Source: an uncultured Bacilli bacterium (GTDB lineage Bacteria > Bacillota_I > Bacilli_A > RF39 > UBA660). From it: a stretch of 64,000 nucleotides of DNA. The stretch spans positions 5,495-69,494 of the forward strand of contig CATNCE010000002.1 in assembly GCA_950097225.1 (NCBI GenBank), given 5' to 3'. Below the pieces are notes generated by a model that saw only the letters and a program-made list of their open reading frames with translations, made no database searches and had not been told where the DNA came from. The position numbers and the translations under genes are program-made. Below are positions 9,305 through 17,895 of the stretch, in pieces. Position 1 is the first letter of the stretch. The number at the start of each line of letters is the position of its first letter.

Positions 9305-9997
9305 CTAATACATACTTTTTAATTTTGCGTCATTTCCCTCTCCACTCGCACAAAAGAAATGCAAATAATACCAAGTCTTACCGTTTTCATCTATCACAGA
9401 TGGATACACCCTAAAATAGTTTATATCTGGTTTTATCGGTGCTTCTGGGTGTTGTTCGTTATAATCTAAAACATAATCCAGTTCTTTGCTCTTAATTTCA
9501 TTACCACGAGCAGTCGCTTCACTATCAGAAGCAAACTCTTTTTTACCACCAGTTATTGATTCATAAAACTTTGTAGTTGCTCCACCGTTTTGTGGTTGAT
9601 TACTTGGAGTTTGACTAGGTGTAGTATTGTTACTTACATTTGGAGTTTCTTTTGGTGTTTCCTTTGGCACTTCTTTTTTCACAGAATCATTTTGCTTATT
9701 TTCTGTTTTGTTTTCAGATTTACTTGCTGAAGAAACATTCTTATTTTCTGGTTTAGAATCTGACTTAACTTCTTTTTTGGTTTCTTTTACTTCATCAACC
9801 TTTTCTTCTGGTATTATTTCACTTTCTGCTACTTTGTTTTCTTCGCTTTTAGATTCTTCTGCCACTTTTTCTTCTATGGTTTTCTCACTAACATTAACCT
9901 GTTCTAGTTTTGGCTTTTCTTGTTTATCTTGCAAATAGAAAACTGTACCTCCTGTCATAGAAATTAAAATGCTAATTAAAATCAATATTTTTTTCAT
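9305..9997 (-). CDS. Hypothetical membrane-anchored or secreted protein with a Lys/Glu/Ser-rich low-complexity region
   Basis: N-terminal hydrophobic segment MKKILILISILISMTGGTVFY, a K/E/S/N-rich middle and a globular C-terminal ~90 aa. No family recognised. Confidence 0.5.
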   Translation of the reverse strand: MKKILILISILISMTGGTVFYLQDKQEKPKLEQVNVSEKTIEEKVAEESKSEENKVAESEIIPEEKVDEVKETKKEVKSDSKPENKNVSSASKSENKTENKQNDSVKKEVPKETPKETPNVSNNTTPSQTPSNQPQNGGATTKFYESITGGKKEFASDSEATARGNEIKSKELDYVLDYNEQHPEAPIKPDINYFRVYPSVIDENGKTWYYLHFFCASGEGNDAKLKSMY

Positions 9998-10164
9998 ACA
10001 AATTCATCCCTTTCTTGATTTGTTGATGTTAGTATAAACTAAAGTATTTTTATTTGCATTTGTGTAAATTTCTAATATATATTTTTTTCAGTTAGTAATA
10101 ACAGTTAGTATATAAATACTAGGGGTAGGTTGTAGGAAGGGGAATAATGGAATAATAACTCCCA

Positions 10165-11109
10165 CTATCTAGCACCCTGTTGTCTTTGTCTTTCCATAGC
10201 CCTATTGTAATAGTCTAATGCTTTGTAAATATGCTTTATCCATTCGGTAGTTGGCATACCTTTTGGCATTTTAGGTTGTAAGTCTTTAAAATCTAATTTT
10301 AGTTTTTCAACTTGATTAGGTTTTTCACGACACATAATTTCTTCAATTTTATCTTCGCTTAACTCTCCCTTTTTACTTAAATCTTTCATTTCTTGAGCTT
10401 GGGATACTGTTGGTGTAGCAACATTACATTCAATACTATTTAAAAGCCATTTTTGTTCTTGCTTTGTAAGAAATGAAATTTCATACGCAGGGCTTAATGC
10501 AATAGTTTCATCATCTACCATATCAAGTAAAGGCTTTACTAATTCAGTAAGTCTTATAAATCTCTTAATTTGAGTGGTACTTTCGCCAAGTTCATCAGAT
10601 AATATTTCAACAGATTTTTTTCCAATCGACTTGTGTCCGAGTTGGTCACAAGTTAAATCATTTCTTTTACCTTGATGTGTCATTGCTTCTAATTTCATTT
10701 TATAAGCAAAGGCTCGTTCACTAGGCAATATCTTTTCCCTTTGTAAATTGCTATCTACCATAATAATAGTGGCTTCATCATCTGTAAGGTTTCTAACAAT
10801 ACACGGCATAGTTTCTTTATTAGCAATTTCACTTGCTTTTTTTCTTCTATGTCCAGAAATCATTTGATACTTTCCATTTGGAAGTGGTCTAACAAGTACA
10901 GGCAATAACACACCATATTCACTTATACTTTGTGCCATTTCTTGCATTTCTTCATTTACAATTACCTTGAATGGGTGATTTGGGAAGTCTTGAATATCTG
11001 CTAGTGAAATATCTACAACTTTTTCTAAATTGGCTTCTTGCCTTTCTTGCTCTGTTGTAAATAAATCATCTAACTTTGGTAGAGGCATTTTTATTTCGCT
11101 CTTTGCCAC
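10165..11109 (-). CDS. parB: ParB/Spo0J-family partition (nuclease-like) protein of the ICE
   Basis: ParB N-terminal box YQMISGHRRKKASEIA. Start moved to GTG 11109 (AGGAGG at 11119-11124, 9-nt spacer) instead of the track start at 11175. Confidence 0.8.
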   Translation of the reverse strand: MAKSEIKMPLPKLDDLFTTEQERQEANLEKVVDISLADIQDFPNHPFKVIVNEEMQEMAQSISEYGVLLPVLVRPLPNGKYQMISGHRRKKASEIANKETMPCIVRNLTDDEATIIMVDSNLQREKILPSERAFAYKMKLEAMTHQGKRNDLTCDQLGHKSIGKKSVEILSDELGESTTQIKRFIRLTELVKPLLDMVDDETIALSPAYEISFLTKQEQKWLLNSIECNVATPTVSQAQEMKDLSKKGELSEDKIEEIMCREKPNQVEKLKLDFKDLQPKMPKGMPTTEWIKHIYKALDYYNRAMERQRQQGAR

Positions 11110-11890
11110 TTTCAAGCACCTCCTTTGCAAATGAAGAATATGCTTCTGCCACTTTTCCATTTTTGTCATAATCAAAAATACTTTGTCCAGTAGAAGTTGA
11201 TTCTGCTGTTTTTATTGCTAAAGGTATTTGTGTATCGTAAATTTTTATAACTCTACCATAATTTTCTTGCAACTGTACTTTCATTTCTCTTGATAGATTA
11301 GTTCTTTTATCTACTAAAGTTAGTAATACACCATCTATTTTTAATTGTGGATTTAATTTAGTTCTTGCTTTATTAACAGACTTTAATAACTCGGTCATTC
11401 CAACTGCTGATAAATACTGACTTTGCATTGGGATTATAACACTATCTGCACTCGCTAAAGCATTAACTGTTAAAGTTCCTAGTGATGGTGGACAGTCTAT
11501 AAGAATATAGTCATAGTTATCTTTTACTTTATCCAAACAATTCTTTAGTAAATATTCCCTACTCATAGCACTATACAAGACTGGCTCTAATACTGACAGT
11601 CTTAAATTAGATGGTATCAAAGAAACATTTTCGTTATGATGAAGTATTGATTCTTCTACTTCAATATTTCTACCCTCTGCTGACTGCTCTAATAAATCTG
11701 CTACTGTTAATGACAACTTATCTTGATCTCGCCAACCCATATATAAAGTAAGACTACCCTGTGGGTCTGTATCTACTAACAATACCTTTTTGCCTTCTTT
11801 TGCTAAAGCAACTCCTAGACTAAAAGTTGTGGTGGTCTTGCCCACTCCACCTTTTTGATTTGCCACTGCAATTACTTTGCATTGCGACAT
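11066..11890 (-). CDS. parA: ParA/Soj-family ATPase of the ICE
   Basis: Deviant Walker A KVIAVANQKGGVGKTTT, then ILIDCPPSLG. Start set at ATG 11890 (GGAGG at 11899-11903, 8-nt spacer). The track N-terminal extension to 12025 is rejected. Confidence 0.85.
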   Translation of the reverse strand: MSQCKVIAVANQKGGVGKTTTTFSLGVALAKEGKKVLLVDTDPQGSLTLYMGWRDQDKLSLTVADLLEQSAEGRNIEVEESILHHNENVSLIPSNLRLSVLEPVLYSAMSREYLLKNCLDKVKDNYDYILIDCPPSLGTLTVNALASADSVIIPMQSQYLSAVGMTELLKSVNKARTKLNPQLKIDGVLLTLVDKRTNLSREMKVQLQENYGRVIKIYDTQIPLAIKTAESTSTGQSIFDYDKNGKVAEAYSSFAKEVLESGKERNKNASTKVR

Positions 11891-11956
11891 AAACATTTCC
11901 TCCTTTCTTTTAAACTCTAGCCACTCTATATAAATAAAATGGCTATGTATGGGCAT

Positions 11957-11986
11957 AAAAAAAGAACTGACCATTATAATCAGTTC
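11957..11986 (-). terminator. Rho-independent terminator ~70 nt upstream of parA
   Basis: Minus strand reads GAACTGA-TTATAATGG-TCAGTTC followed by T7. Confidence 0.5.
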
Positions 11987-12180
11987 AAAGTATGTTTTTG
12001 TGATTTTATTATTTAGTGTCTGCAATTTGGCTCATAAGTGAGGAAACAAGTGAGAACCTATATGTTCTTAAATGTCGTAATCACCTATCTAATTCCTATT
12101 ATAAATAATGCCAAAATTACTATGTTTTTATGAATTTTTATTGTTTTTGACCGTTTTTTAATGAAAATATGCAAGATCTA

Positions 12181-12247
12181 AATTGGATAATTTCCTTTAT
12201 TTATAAGGGTTTAAGGGTGTTCTTAATTAAATCGTAATCAACCAGTT
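12181..12247. repeat. 67-bp direct repeat, copy 1 (64/67 identical to 15093-15159)
   Basis: aattggataatttcctttatttataagggtttaagggtgttcttaattaaatcgtaatcaaccagtt compared base by base with copy 2; 3 mismatches. Confidence 0.9.
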
Positions 12248-12326
12248 GATTGTTGTATTTTGTCGATTATTGTTGTCCATTGTTTTCACTTCCTTTTTAA
12301 AGTCTTGAACAAATATAATTATAACA

Positions 12327-12353
12327 TAAAAGAGTAGATTTTGTACTTACTCT
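12327..12353 (-). terminator. Possible weak terminator after the HEPN gene
   Basis: Minus strand AGAGTA-N11-TACTCT followed by TTTTAT, 20 nt after the stop at 12374. Confidence 0.35.
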
Positions 12354-12373
12354 ATTCTTATTTACAATTGCTA

Positions 12374-13783
12374 TTAATCAGTATTAATAATCATATGACA
12401 TTGAAACAAATCGTTTATGCAATTCTTAATACTATAATTATCTAATCCTAATCTTTTTAATTGCATCATATAAATAACTCTTTCTAAAAATATAATATCT
12501 AGCATAGCTAAATCAGTAAAATCTTTATTAAGATTTCCATGAGCAAAATCATTACGCTGTTCAGCTAATCTATGCCCCATATCTTTATAAATTACTTTTT
12601 CATCATTCATTCCATATAATTGATTTGCAAAATCTTTAGTAATATCATCTAATTGATTAAATGTATAATCAAGATTTGCATCTAAACCTGTTAAATCAAC
12701 AAAATCATGTAATTTATTAATTATTTTCTTAGCGCGTCTATTATTACCTCTATACTTATCTTCTAATTGAATTAATTCTATATTAATTATTGCTTCTGCA
12801 TTTATTCTAGCCTGTTTCTTTCTCTTTCCTTCTGGAAACAATTGAGAAAACTCCCATTCAAATCCAGCAGTTGTTAATACAAAACTTGATTCTGTCATTA
12901 CATGCGAATCATCATATGATAAAGGTATATGACGAGTATACAATGTATTATCAGATATTCCCTGTAAAATGTTATGGGCAATACTATATACATAATCCAA
13001 TGGTATAAACCTCTTAGAAATAATTTCTTCATCTTCTGCTATTAAAAATTCATCATTTATGATTACTACACCATTTTTTTCATATAATTCTTCTTCGTTT
13101 AAAAAACTAGTATAAACTTCTTTAAAAGTAATATTTTGCCGATATGTTAAAAATTGTATAAACTTTTTAGCAATATAATAAATTCTTCTGATAAACATAT
13201 AGTCATCAGTTGGTTCAAAATCAAATGACATTCTTGTTCTAATTTTTAATGGATGTTCTAAATCTTTTCCACTAAAAACTTTATCTATATCAAAATTACA
13301 TTTTACTTTTCTTCCATCAATTTCAAATTCTTCTGATTTTATACCTACAACATCACAAGGTTTTAATTTCAAGTCTACTTCTTCTTTACTTGGATTGAAA
13401 GATTTGATTGTTCTTTTTGTATTGTAAATATAATTTAATTCACTTGAATAAAAATTAATTTTAGCAATTTTGTCTTTTCTATTTACCCTTATTACCATTT
13501 TAATAATTATCTTTAATACAGAGTTTAACCTCCCTATTTGATAACTTTTTGGTATCATAATAATTTTTTCATAAGTTTCACTTGAAATTCCTACCAAATA
13601 ATCATTTTCTATAATCGGATGAATTGGTGTAACTACACCTGGAATACCATTAGCTAAAGGCTCATAAAACATAGCATTACTTTTTTCTTTAAATCCTTCT
13701 TTTGGAACTAAACTTAATTCTCTATTATTTTCTAACACGAAAAAATATTCAATATCTTTATAAGTTAAATTACCACTAATCAT
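12374..13783 (-). CDS. HEPN-domain protein (469 aa), ApeA-like candidate abortive-infection/defence effector
   Basis: C-terminal motif LAEQRNDFAHGNL contains the HEPN Rx4H signature (R-N-D-F-A-H). The large N-terminal region was not recognised. AGGTGA sits upstream of ATG 13783. Confidence 0.55.
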   Translation of the reverse strand: MISGNLTYKDIEYFFVLENNRELSLVPKEGFKEKSNAMFYEPLANGIPGVVTPIHPIIENDYLVGISSETYEKIIMIPKSYQIGRLNSVLKIIIKMVIRVNRKDKIAKINFYSSELNYIYNTKRTIKSFNPSKEEVDLKLKPCDVVGIKSEEFEIDGRKVKCNFDIDKVFSGKDLEHPLKIRTRMSFDFEPTDDYMFIRRIYYIAKKFIQFLTYRQNITFKEVYTSFLNEEELYEKNGVVIINDEFLIAEDEEIISKRFIPLDYVYSIAHNILQGISDNTLYTRHIPLSYDDSHVMTESSFVLTTAGFEWEFSQLFPEGKRKKQARINAEAIINIELIQLEDKYRGNNRRAKKIINKLHDFVDLTGLDANLDYTFNQLDDITKDFANQLYGMNDEKVIYKDMGHRLAEQRNDFAHGNLNKDFTDLAMLDIIFLERVIYMMQLKRLGLDNYSIKNCINDLFQCHMIINTD

Positions 13784-13785
13784 TT

Positions 13786-14156
13786 TTATTTATCACCTAT
13801 TCCTTTTTGAATTAACTCAGCTGTATCTTTCATTTCTTTATATTCTTCATAATGACAAGCATAGGTAATTCCAAAAACACAATTATATAGATTGTTAACA
13901 TCGGTAATTATAAAATCAATAAATGCTTCAATTTTGTCATATTTCACTTTCACTTTAACTTTACCTACTTTTATCTTAGAATCAAATTACCTTAAATATA
14001 TAAGGATTTTTTGTTTTCATTATAAAATCCAATATTCTTTCATTACTAGGTTTTCTTCTGTCTATTTTTATATTTGTTATTTCATCCACATCTTCTAATT
14101 TTACATCATCAAGATTTTAATTTTTCTGCTACTCCTTTAATATTATATTTATTCAT
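13786..14156 (-). pseudogene. Frameshifted remnant of a small mobile-element gene (~120 codons when reconstructed; possibly DUF6870-like)
   Basis: Three consecutive minus-strand ORF pieces in different frames: MNKYNIKGVAEKLKS*, NLDDVKLEDVDEITNIKIDRRKPSNERILDFIMKTKNPYIFKVI*, and FDSKIKVGKVKVKVKYDKIEAFIDF...ELIQKGIGDK*. The first shift lies in an A-run. The final stop at 13786-13788 is 2 nt before the HEPN ATG. Confidence 0.4.
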
Positions 14157-14218
14157 TTTCTACCTTTTTTCTATAATAATTTTATTATTTTGAAAGAAGA
14201 ATACAGATGTACAAAATA

Positions 14219-15061
14219 CTAGATATTATCTTTTTTTCCTAATAGTTTTATCTTTTCTGCATTATTAAGTATATCAAGTTGATACTTAGCAATGCTACTT
14301 GATATTTCAAATCTTTCTTCTTTGCTTTTTCCTTCTTTAATTAGTTCTGCGTTATGTGATTCTAAATTAGATAATACTGTTAATTCATTTATTGACGCAT
14401 AATCTCTAACATTTGAATTTTTTGCTAAATTAGGATTAAGTTCTATCCATCTTTTAGCAGTTGTATTAAATAAGGCAACATTTAAAATATCTGCTTCTTC
14501 TGCATACTTTAACCATTCTCTATTTTTATAATAATCTTTACTAGGTAATATATAATTTTTAATTGCATCTGTATGAATAAGATAATTATTTTTAGTTAAA
14601 ATTCTTTTTACATCCCATTCCCTATTTTGATTTTCTAACTCTTTTAGTCTTTCAAATTCTTTTATCAAATATAGTTTAAAAACTGGACTAATAGAAGATG
14701 CAAATTCAAAAGCAATATCTTTATGAGTATAAGTTCCGCCATATTTACCACGTTTCGAATATATCCCAATTGCGTTCGTTTTATTACACCATTCTGTAAC
14801 ACTTAATGTAAAAGTATGAAGTCCTGCCTCACTTTTAAACCCGTCGAATTCGACGGAATTAAAATCTGGATTGTAAATTGACTCCCAAGTACCTAAAAAT
14901 TCTAAAGTAATTCTATTTCTTAACCAATTTCTGATAACATCATCTGATGTAGATTTTCCTTCTTTAAATTTGGTAAAATCAGAAATACAAATATAATCGC
15001 TATCATTTATATTTGTTATATTCACTTTAATATTTTGAACTTCAATTATTTTGTTTGTCAT
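14219..15061 (-). CDS. KilA-N domain DNA-binding protein (280 aa)
   Basis: GGTYTHKDIAFEFASSISPVFKLYLIKEFERLKE and the preceding ICISDFTK...NWLRNR region match the KilA-N pattern from memory. AGAGGTGA lies upstream of the ATG. Confidence 0.7.
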   Translation of the reverse strand: MTNKIIEVQNIKVNITNINDSDYICISDFTKFKEGKSTSDDVIRNWLRNRITLEFLGTWESIYNPDFNSVEFDGFKSEAGLHTFTLSVTEWCNKTNAIGIYSKRGKYGGTYTHKDIAFEFASSISPVFKLYLIKEFERLKELENQNREWDVKRILTKNNYLIHTDAIKNYILPSKDYYKNREWLKYAEEADILNVALFNTTAKRWIELNPNLAKNSNVRDYASINELTVLSNLESHNAELIKEGKSKEERFEISSSIAKYQLDILNNAEKIKLLGKKDNI

Positions 15062-15092
15062 ATATTCACCTCTTTTCTATGTTCTTAAATTC

Positions 15093-15159
15093 AATTGGAT
15101 AATTTTCTTTATTTATAAGAGTTTAATGGTGTTCTTAATTAAATCGTAATCAACCAGTT
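15093..15159. repeat. 67-bp direct repeat, copy 2
   Basis: aattggataattttctttatttataagagtttaatggtgttcttaattaaatcgtaatcaaccagtt. It ends 32 nt upstream of the KilA-N start codon. Confidence 0.9.
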
Positions 15160-15261
15160 TATATTTGTCTGGTTTTGCCGTTTTTTATTTGTACAATATT
15201 AGCACTTCTAATCTTTTAGAGTATCAAAATTGATACTTTTAATTGTCATTATTTTTTTCTA

Positions 15262-15537
15262 TTAATAGTAATAGATATCTTCTATTATTTGCCAGTCATT
15301 ATTTAAAATAACGCCATTTACTAATTTTGCACTAAATAATTCCTCTACGCTATTAAAATAAGACTCATCTGTTTTCCCTATCCATTGAAAAGATATTTTA
15401 TCTTTTAATGGTATAATCATATATTCGTTTCCATTTATTTTAACGCATAGCTCTGGTTCCACGCCTTTTTTTAAATACTCATTTAATTTTTGTTTAGTAT
15501 ATTTAATGTCATACTCATACATTTCTTCTTTGTTCAT
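15262..15537 (-). CDS. Hypothetical protein (91 aa)
   Basis: ORF overlapping the upstream P-loop gene by 23 nt, which suggests translational coupling. No motif recognised. Confidence 0.4.
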   Translation of the reverse strand: MNKEEMYEYDIKYTKQKLNEYLKKGVEPELCVKINGNEYMIIPLKDKISFQWIGKTDESYFNSVEELFSAKLVNGVILNNDWQIIEDIYYY

Positions 15538-16048
15538 TTTTAAGTTCTCCTTTTTTTATTATAGTATTTAAAATATTATCGGCCACCTTATCAACAGAAA
15601 TATTTGTAGTATCTATTTGATAACCATTGAAGTTTTTAAAAGCACTTATGAATTTGTCAACTTGTGCATAAGCCCATCCTGTGCTATTACCTCTTTTGTC
15701 TAATCTTTTTGCTATCTCTTCTTTTGTTGCGGTTAAAATAAAATCGTAAACTATTATGCCTTCATTTCTTAAATTACCAATAATTTCATTATAGTACTTT
15801 TTATTGGTTATCGTCATGGGAACAATCGTGACTCTGTGGCTACGATTTAAATCTTTTAGTATCTCAAAATTTAAAGTACGCCATAGCTCGTAATCTTGAA
15901 AGTCATCTTTCTTTTCCGGCATTATATTAAATAAAAATTCTCCAACGTTTTCTGGATCATATATAAGGGAATCTTTTATTTCTAACTTTAATGCGTTTGC
16001 TATAGTTGTTTTGCCTACACCAAAGCTGCCATTAATCCAAATGATCAT
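15515..16048 (-). CDS. TmrB-like P-loop ATPase/kinase-fold protein
   Basis: MIIWINGSFGVGKTTIA Walker A at the N-terminus. Start moved to ATG 16048 (GGAGG, 8-nt spacer). Confidence 0.6.
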   Translation of the reverse strand: MIIWINGSFGVGKTTIANALKLEIKDSLIYDPENVGEFLFNIMPEKKDDFQDYELWRTLNFEILKDLNRSHRVTIVPMTITNKKYYNEIIGNLRNEGIIVYDFILTATKEEIAKRLDKRGNSTGWAYAQVDKFISAFKNFNGYQIDTTNISVDKVADNILNTIIKKGELKNEQRRNV

Positions 16049-16088
16049 ATAGATTTCCTCCACATCAGTAAAATGATTCACTAAAAAA

Positions 16089-16118
16089 ATTATAGCATGT
16101 ATTTTACTGATTAGTAAA
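16089..16118 (-). promoter_or_regulatory. Candidate sigma-A promoter for the TmrB-like gene
   Basis: Minus strand TTTACT (16118-16113), 18-nt spacer, TATAAT (16094-16089). Confidence 0.4.
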
Positions 16119-16140
16119 TTAATAAGAGTATTAATAGTAA

Positions 16141-16167
16141 AGAAAAAGGACCCTTGATGTAAGGATC
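16141..16167 (-). terminator. Rho-independent terminator after the 572-aa gene
   Basis: Minus strand GATCCTT-ACATC-AAGGGTC followed by TTTTTCTTT. Confidence 0.5.
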
Positions 16168-16176
16168 TTAAAAAAG

Positions 16177-17895
16177 TTAGTCATATTTAGTTTCGAGTAT
16201 ATACTTTTTGATGTCCTCAGAACTATAGATGTGCTCATTAGGCATAATAGAAAAGGACGCAAATAAAGATTCATCATTTTCAAGGTGTTTAACAAGGATA
16301 TTATAAATTTCTTCATTATATTTGGATACTTCTCTTCCATAAGACTTAATCAATAAATCATTTTTGTATTTTCTTAATGCAGTCTCAGTAATATTACCAG
16401 CCCTTAATTCTTCTTCTAAACATTTTATATATTCAATATATAAGGCAGTTGAATAAGCATCCTCGTTAAAGCTAATTACTTCATCTAAAACAATTTCAAG
16501 TTTAATTTTTCCAGTTGTGAAGTATGAATATAAAAATTCTTCGTCTACGTGAGTAAATCCCTCTTCATCAAATACTTTATTAGTTATTAAAGATGCTAGC
16601 TCTTCAGCATCCCGACACGATTGTAATTCTTTTGTATATGTCGCTATAGTGTCCTTATAAGATAAGACATATAGATAGAACAAGAAACGAGAATCAGGAT
16701 CTTGGTAGTCAAGTTTTTCGCCTTTTTCTTCAATTAATTTAACTAACTTATCATAATAGATTTTTGAACTTTCAAAAAAATCGTGTTCCTTATTATAATA
16801 TAAATCATACATCCCGTATTTTTCACTATAGTAATGAAAAATTGCTTCTTCATCAAATAAATTATTAGAAATTTGAATATTCCCATTAAATATTTGGCTT
16901 GCGAGTTTAAACTTAGCTAATTGATCCGTAGTTGAATCTTTATATAAACTGACAATTAATTTGGTTAATATTTTGTAATACTGGTTAGCTATATCATTCT
17001 GTATTTCTGGTGTTGGTGCATCAATATATTGTTCAAATAAGGTAAAAAGCTCTTGAATTTTGTCCTTTGAACAATAATAGTGATTTGCGAGTTCTTTGTA
17101 AAATCCATCCTCCCCTAATAAAAATATTTTTTCTAAAATATTTTTATTTTCTAGCGTTAGTAAACCGAAGGCATCTGATAGTCTTGTCGGCGGAGTTTGG
17201 TTAACACATTCATTTAATTGCATTACAAACAGGCGCGATAGTATACTGTTGTTATCAAATAAGACGTATGTTAAAGCATTTTGATAATTCTCACTATTTA
17301 GGTTGGTAAAATCATAATCTCTTAAGCGACTATTGATTTTTTTGGCATAATTAGGAAAAATAATTATATTATTTTCAAGCAAAACTTGAAAGTCTTGTAT
17401 TAAACTAATTTTTAATTTAGAAGATATAGTCGAATTACTATCAAGAGCTTCTAAAAAATTATCATATAGCTCTTTTTGATTTTCATTAGAGACAGCTTCT
17501 TGCATTTTTTTAATATCCATTAATTCTTTTTGTTTATGAGCAAAATCTAACACACTAAGTCCCATAATTATTGCCCCTACAATGCAGATTTTTTTAAAAA
17601 ATCGAGAATCTTTTTTTATCTCTTCTTGTTGTTTTTCTTTGTAAGCATCCATACTTTGTTGTTCTTTTAGTTTTTGTTGCTCTAAATGACATTTATATAT
17701 TTTATTTGCAATATCTTTATCAGTAGCATTGGTAATAATAGTTAAGTAGTCTTCAAAATCGTCAATTAATTCTTTGGGAATCATATTGGAAGTTGGAAAA
17801 TTAGTTTGATAGAATACGTCATTTTTTTTATCTTTAAAAACTAATTGTTCTATACCATTTTCCATTTTAGTACCTAAATATATATATTTACTCAT
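16177..17895 (-). CDS. Uncharacterised single-pass membrane protein (572 aa), with a large helical extracytoplasmic part
   Basis: One internal TM segment, KKICIVGAIIMGLSVLDFA, near residue 100. The rest is Y/E/K/L-rich. Its start overlaps the stop of the upstream gene by 8 nt. Confidence 0.5.
   Translation of the reverse strand: MSKYIYLGTKMENGIEQLVFKDKKNDVFYQTNFPTSNMIPKELIDDFEDYLTIITNATDKDIANKIYKCHLEQQKLKEQQSMDAYKEKQQEEIKKDSRFFKKICIVGAIIMGLSVLDFAHKQKELMDIKKMQEAVSNENQKELYDNFLEALDSNSTISSKLKISLIQDFQVLLENNIIIFPNYAKKINSRLRDYDFTNLNSENYQNALTYVLFDNNSILSRLFVMQLNECVNQTPPTRLSDAFGLLTLENKNILEKIFLLGEDGFYKELANHYYCSKDKIQELFTLFEQYIDAPTPEIQNDIANQYYKILTKLIVSLYKDSTTDQLAKFKLASQIFNGNIQISNNLFDEEAIFHYYSEKYGMYDLYYNKEHDFFESSKIYYDKLVKLIEEKGEKLDYQDPDSRFLFYLYVLSYKDTIATYTKELQSCRDAEELASLITNKVFDEEGFTHVDEEFLYSYFTTGKIKLEIVLDEVISFNEDAYSTALYIEYIKCLEEELRAGNITETALRKYKNDLLIKSYGREVSKYNEEIYNILVKHLENDESLFASFSIMPNEHIYSSEDIKKYILETKYD

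Noticed and set aside
11891-12025. N-terminal 45-codon extension of ParA in the track ORF (start at 12025)
   Set aside because: The extension runs through a terminator hairpin (11957-11986) and has no SD. ATG 11890 has GGAGG at ideal spacing and gives the normal position for the KGGVGKTT Walker A.
13892-14098. Plus-strand 68-aa ORF in the HEPN/KilA-N spacer
   Set aside because: It is a low-complexity Ile/Phe/Tyr-rich translation antisense to the frameshifted gene remnant, with no SD.
16131-16340. Minus-strand 69-aa ORF overlapping the end of the 572-aa gene
   Set aside because: It is an out-of-frame overlap with no SD and no family resemblance, and it runs through the terminator. This contrasts with the tnpV-like nested ORF, which has both an SD and family resemblance.
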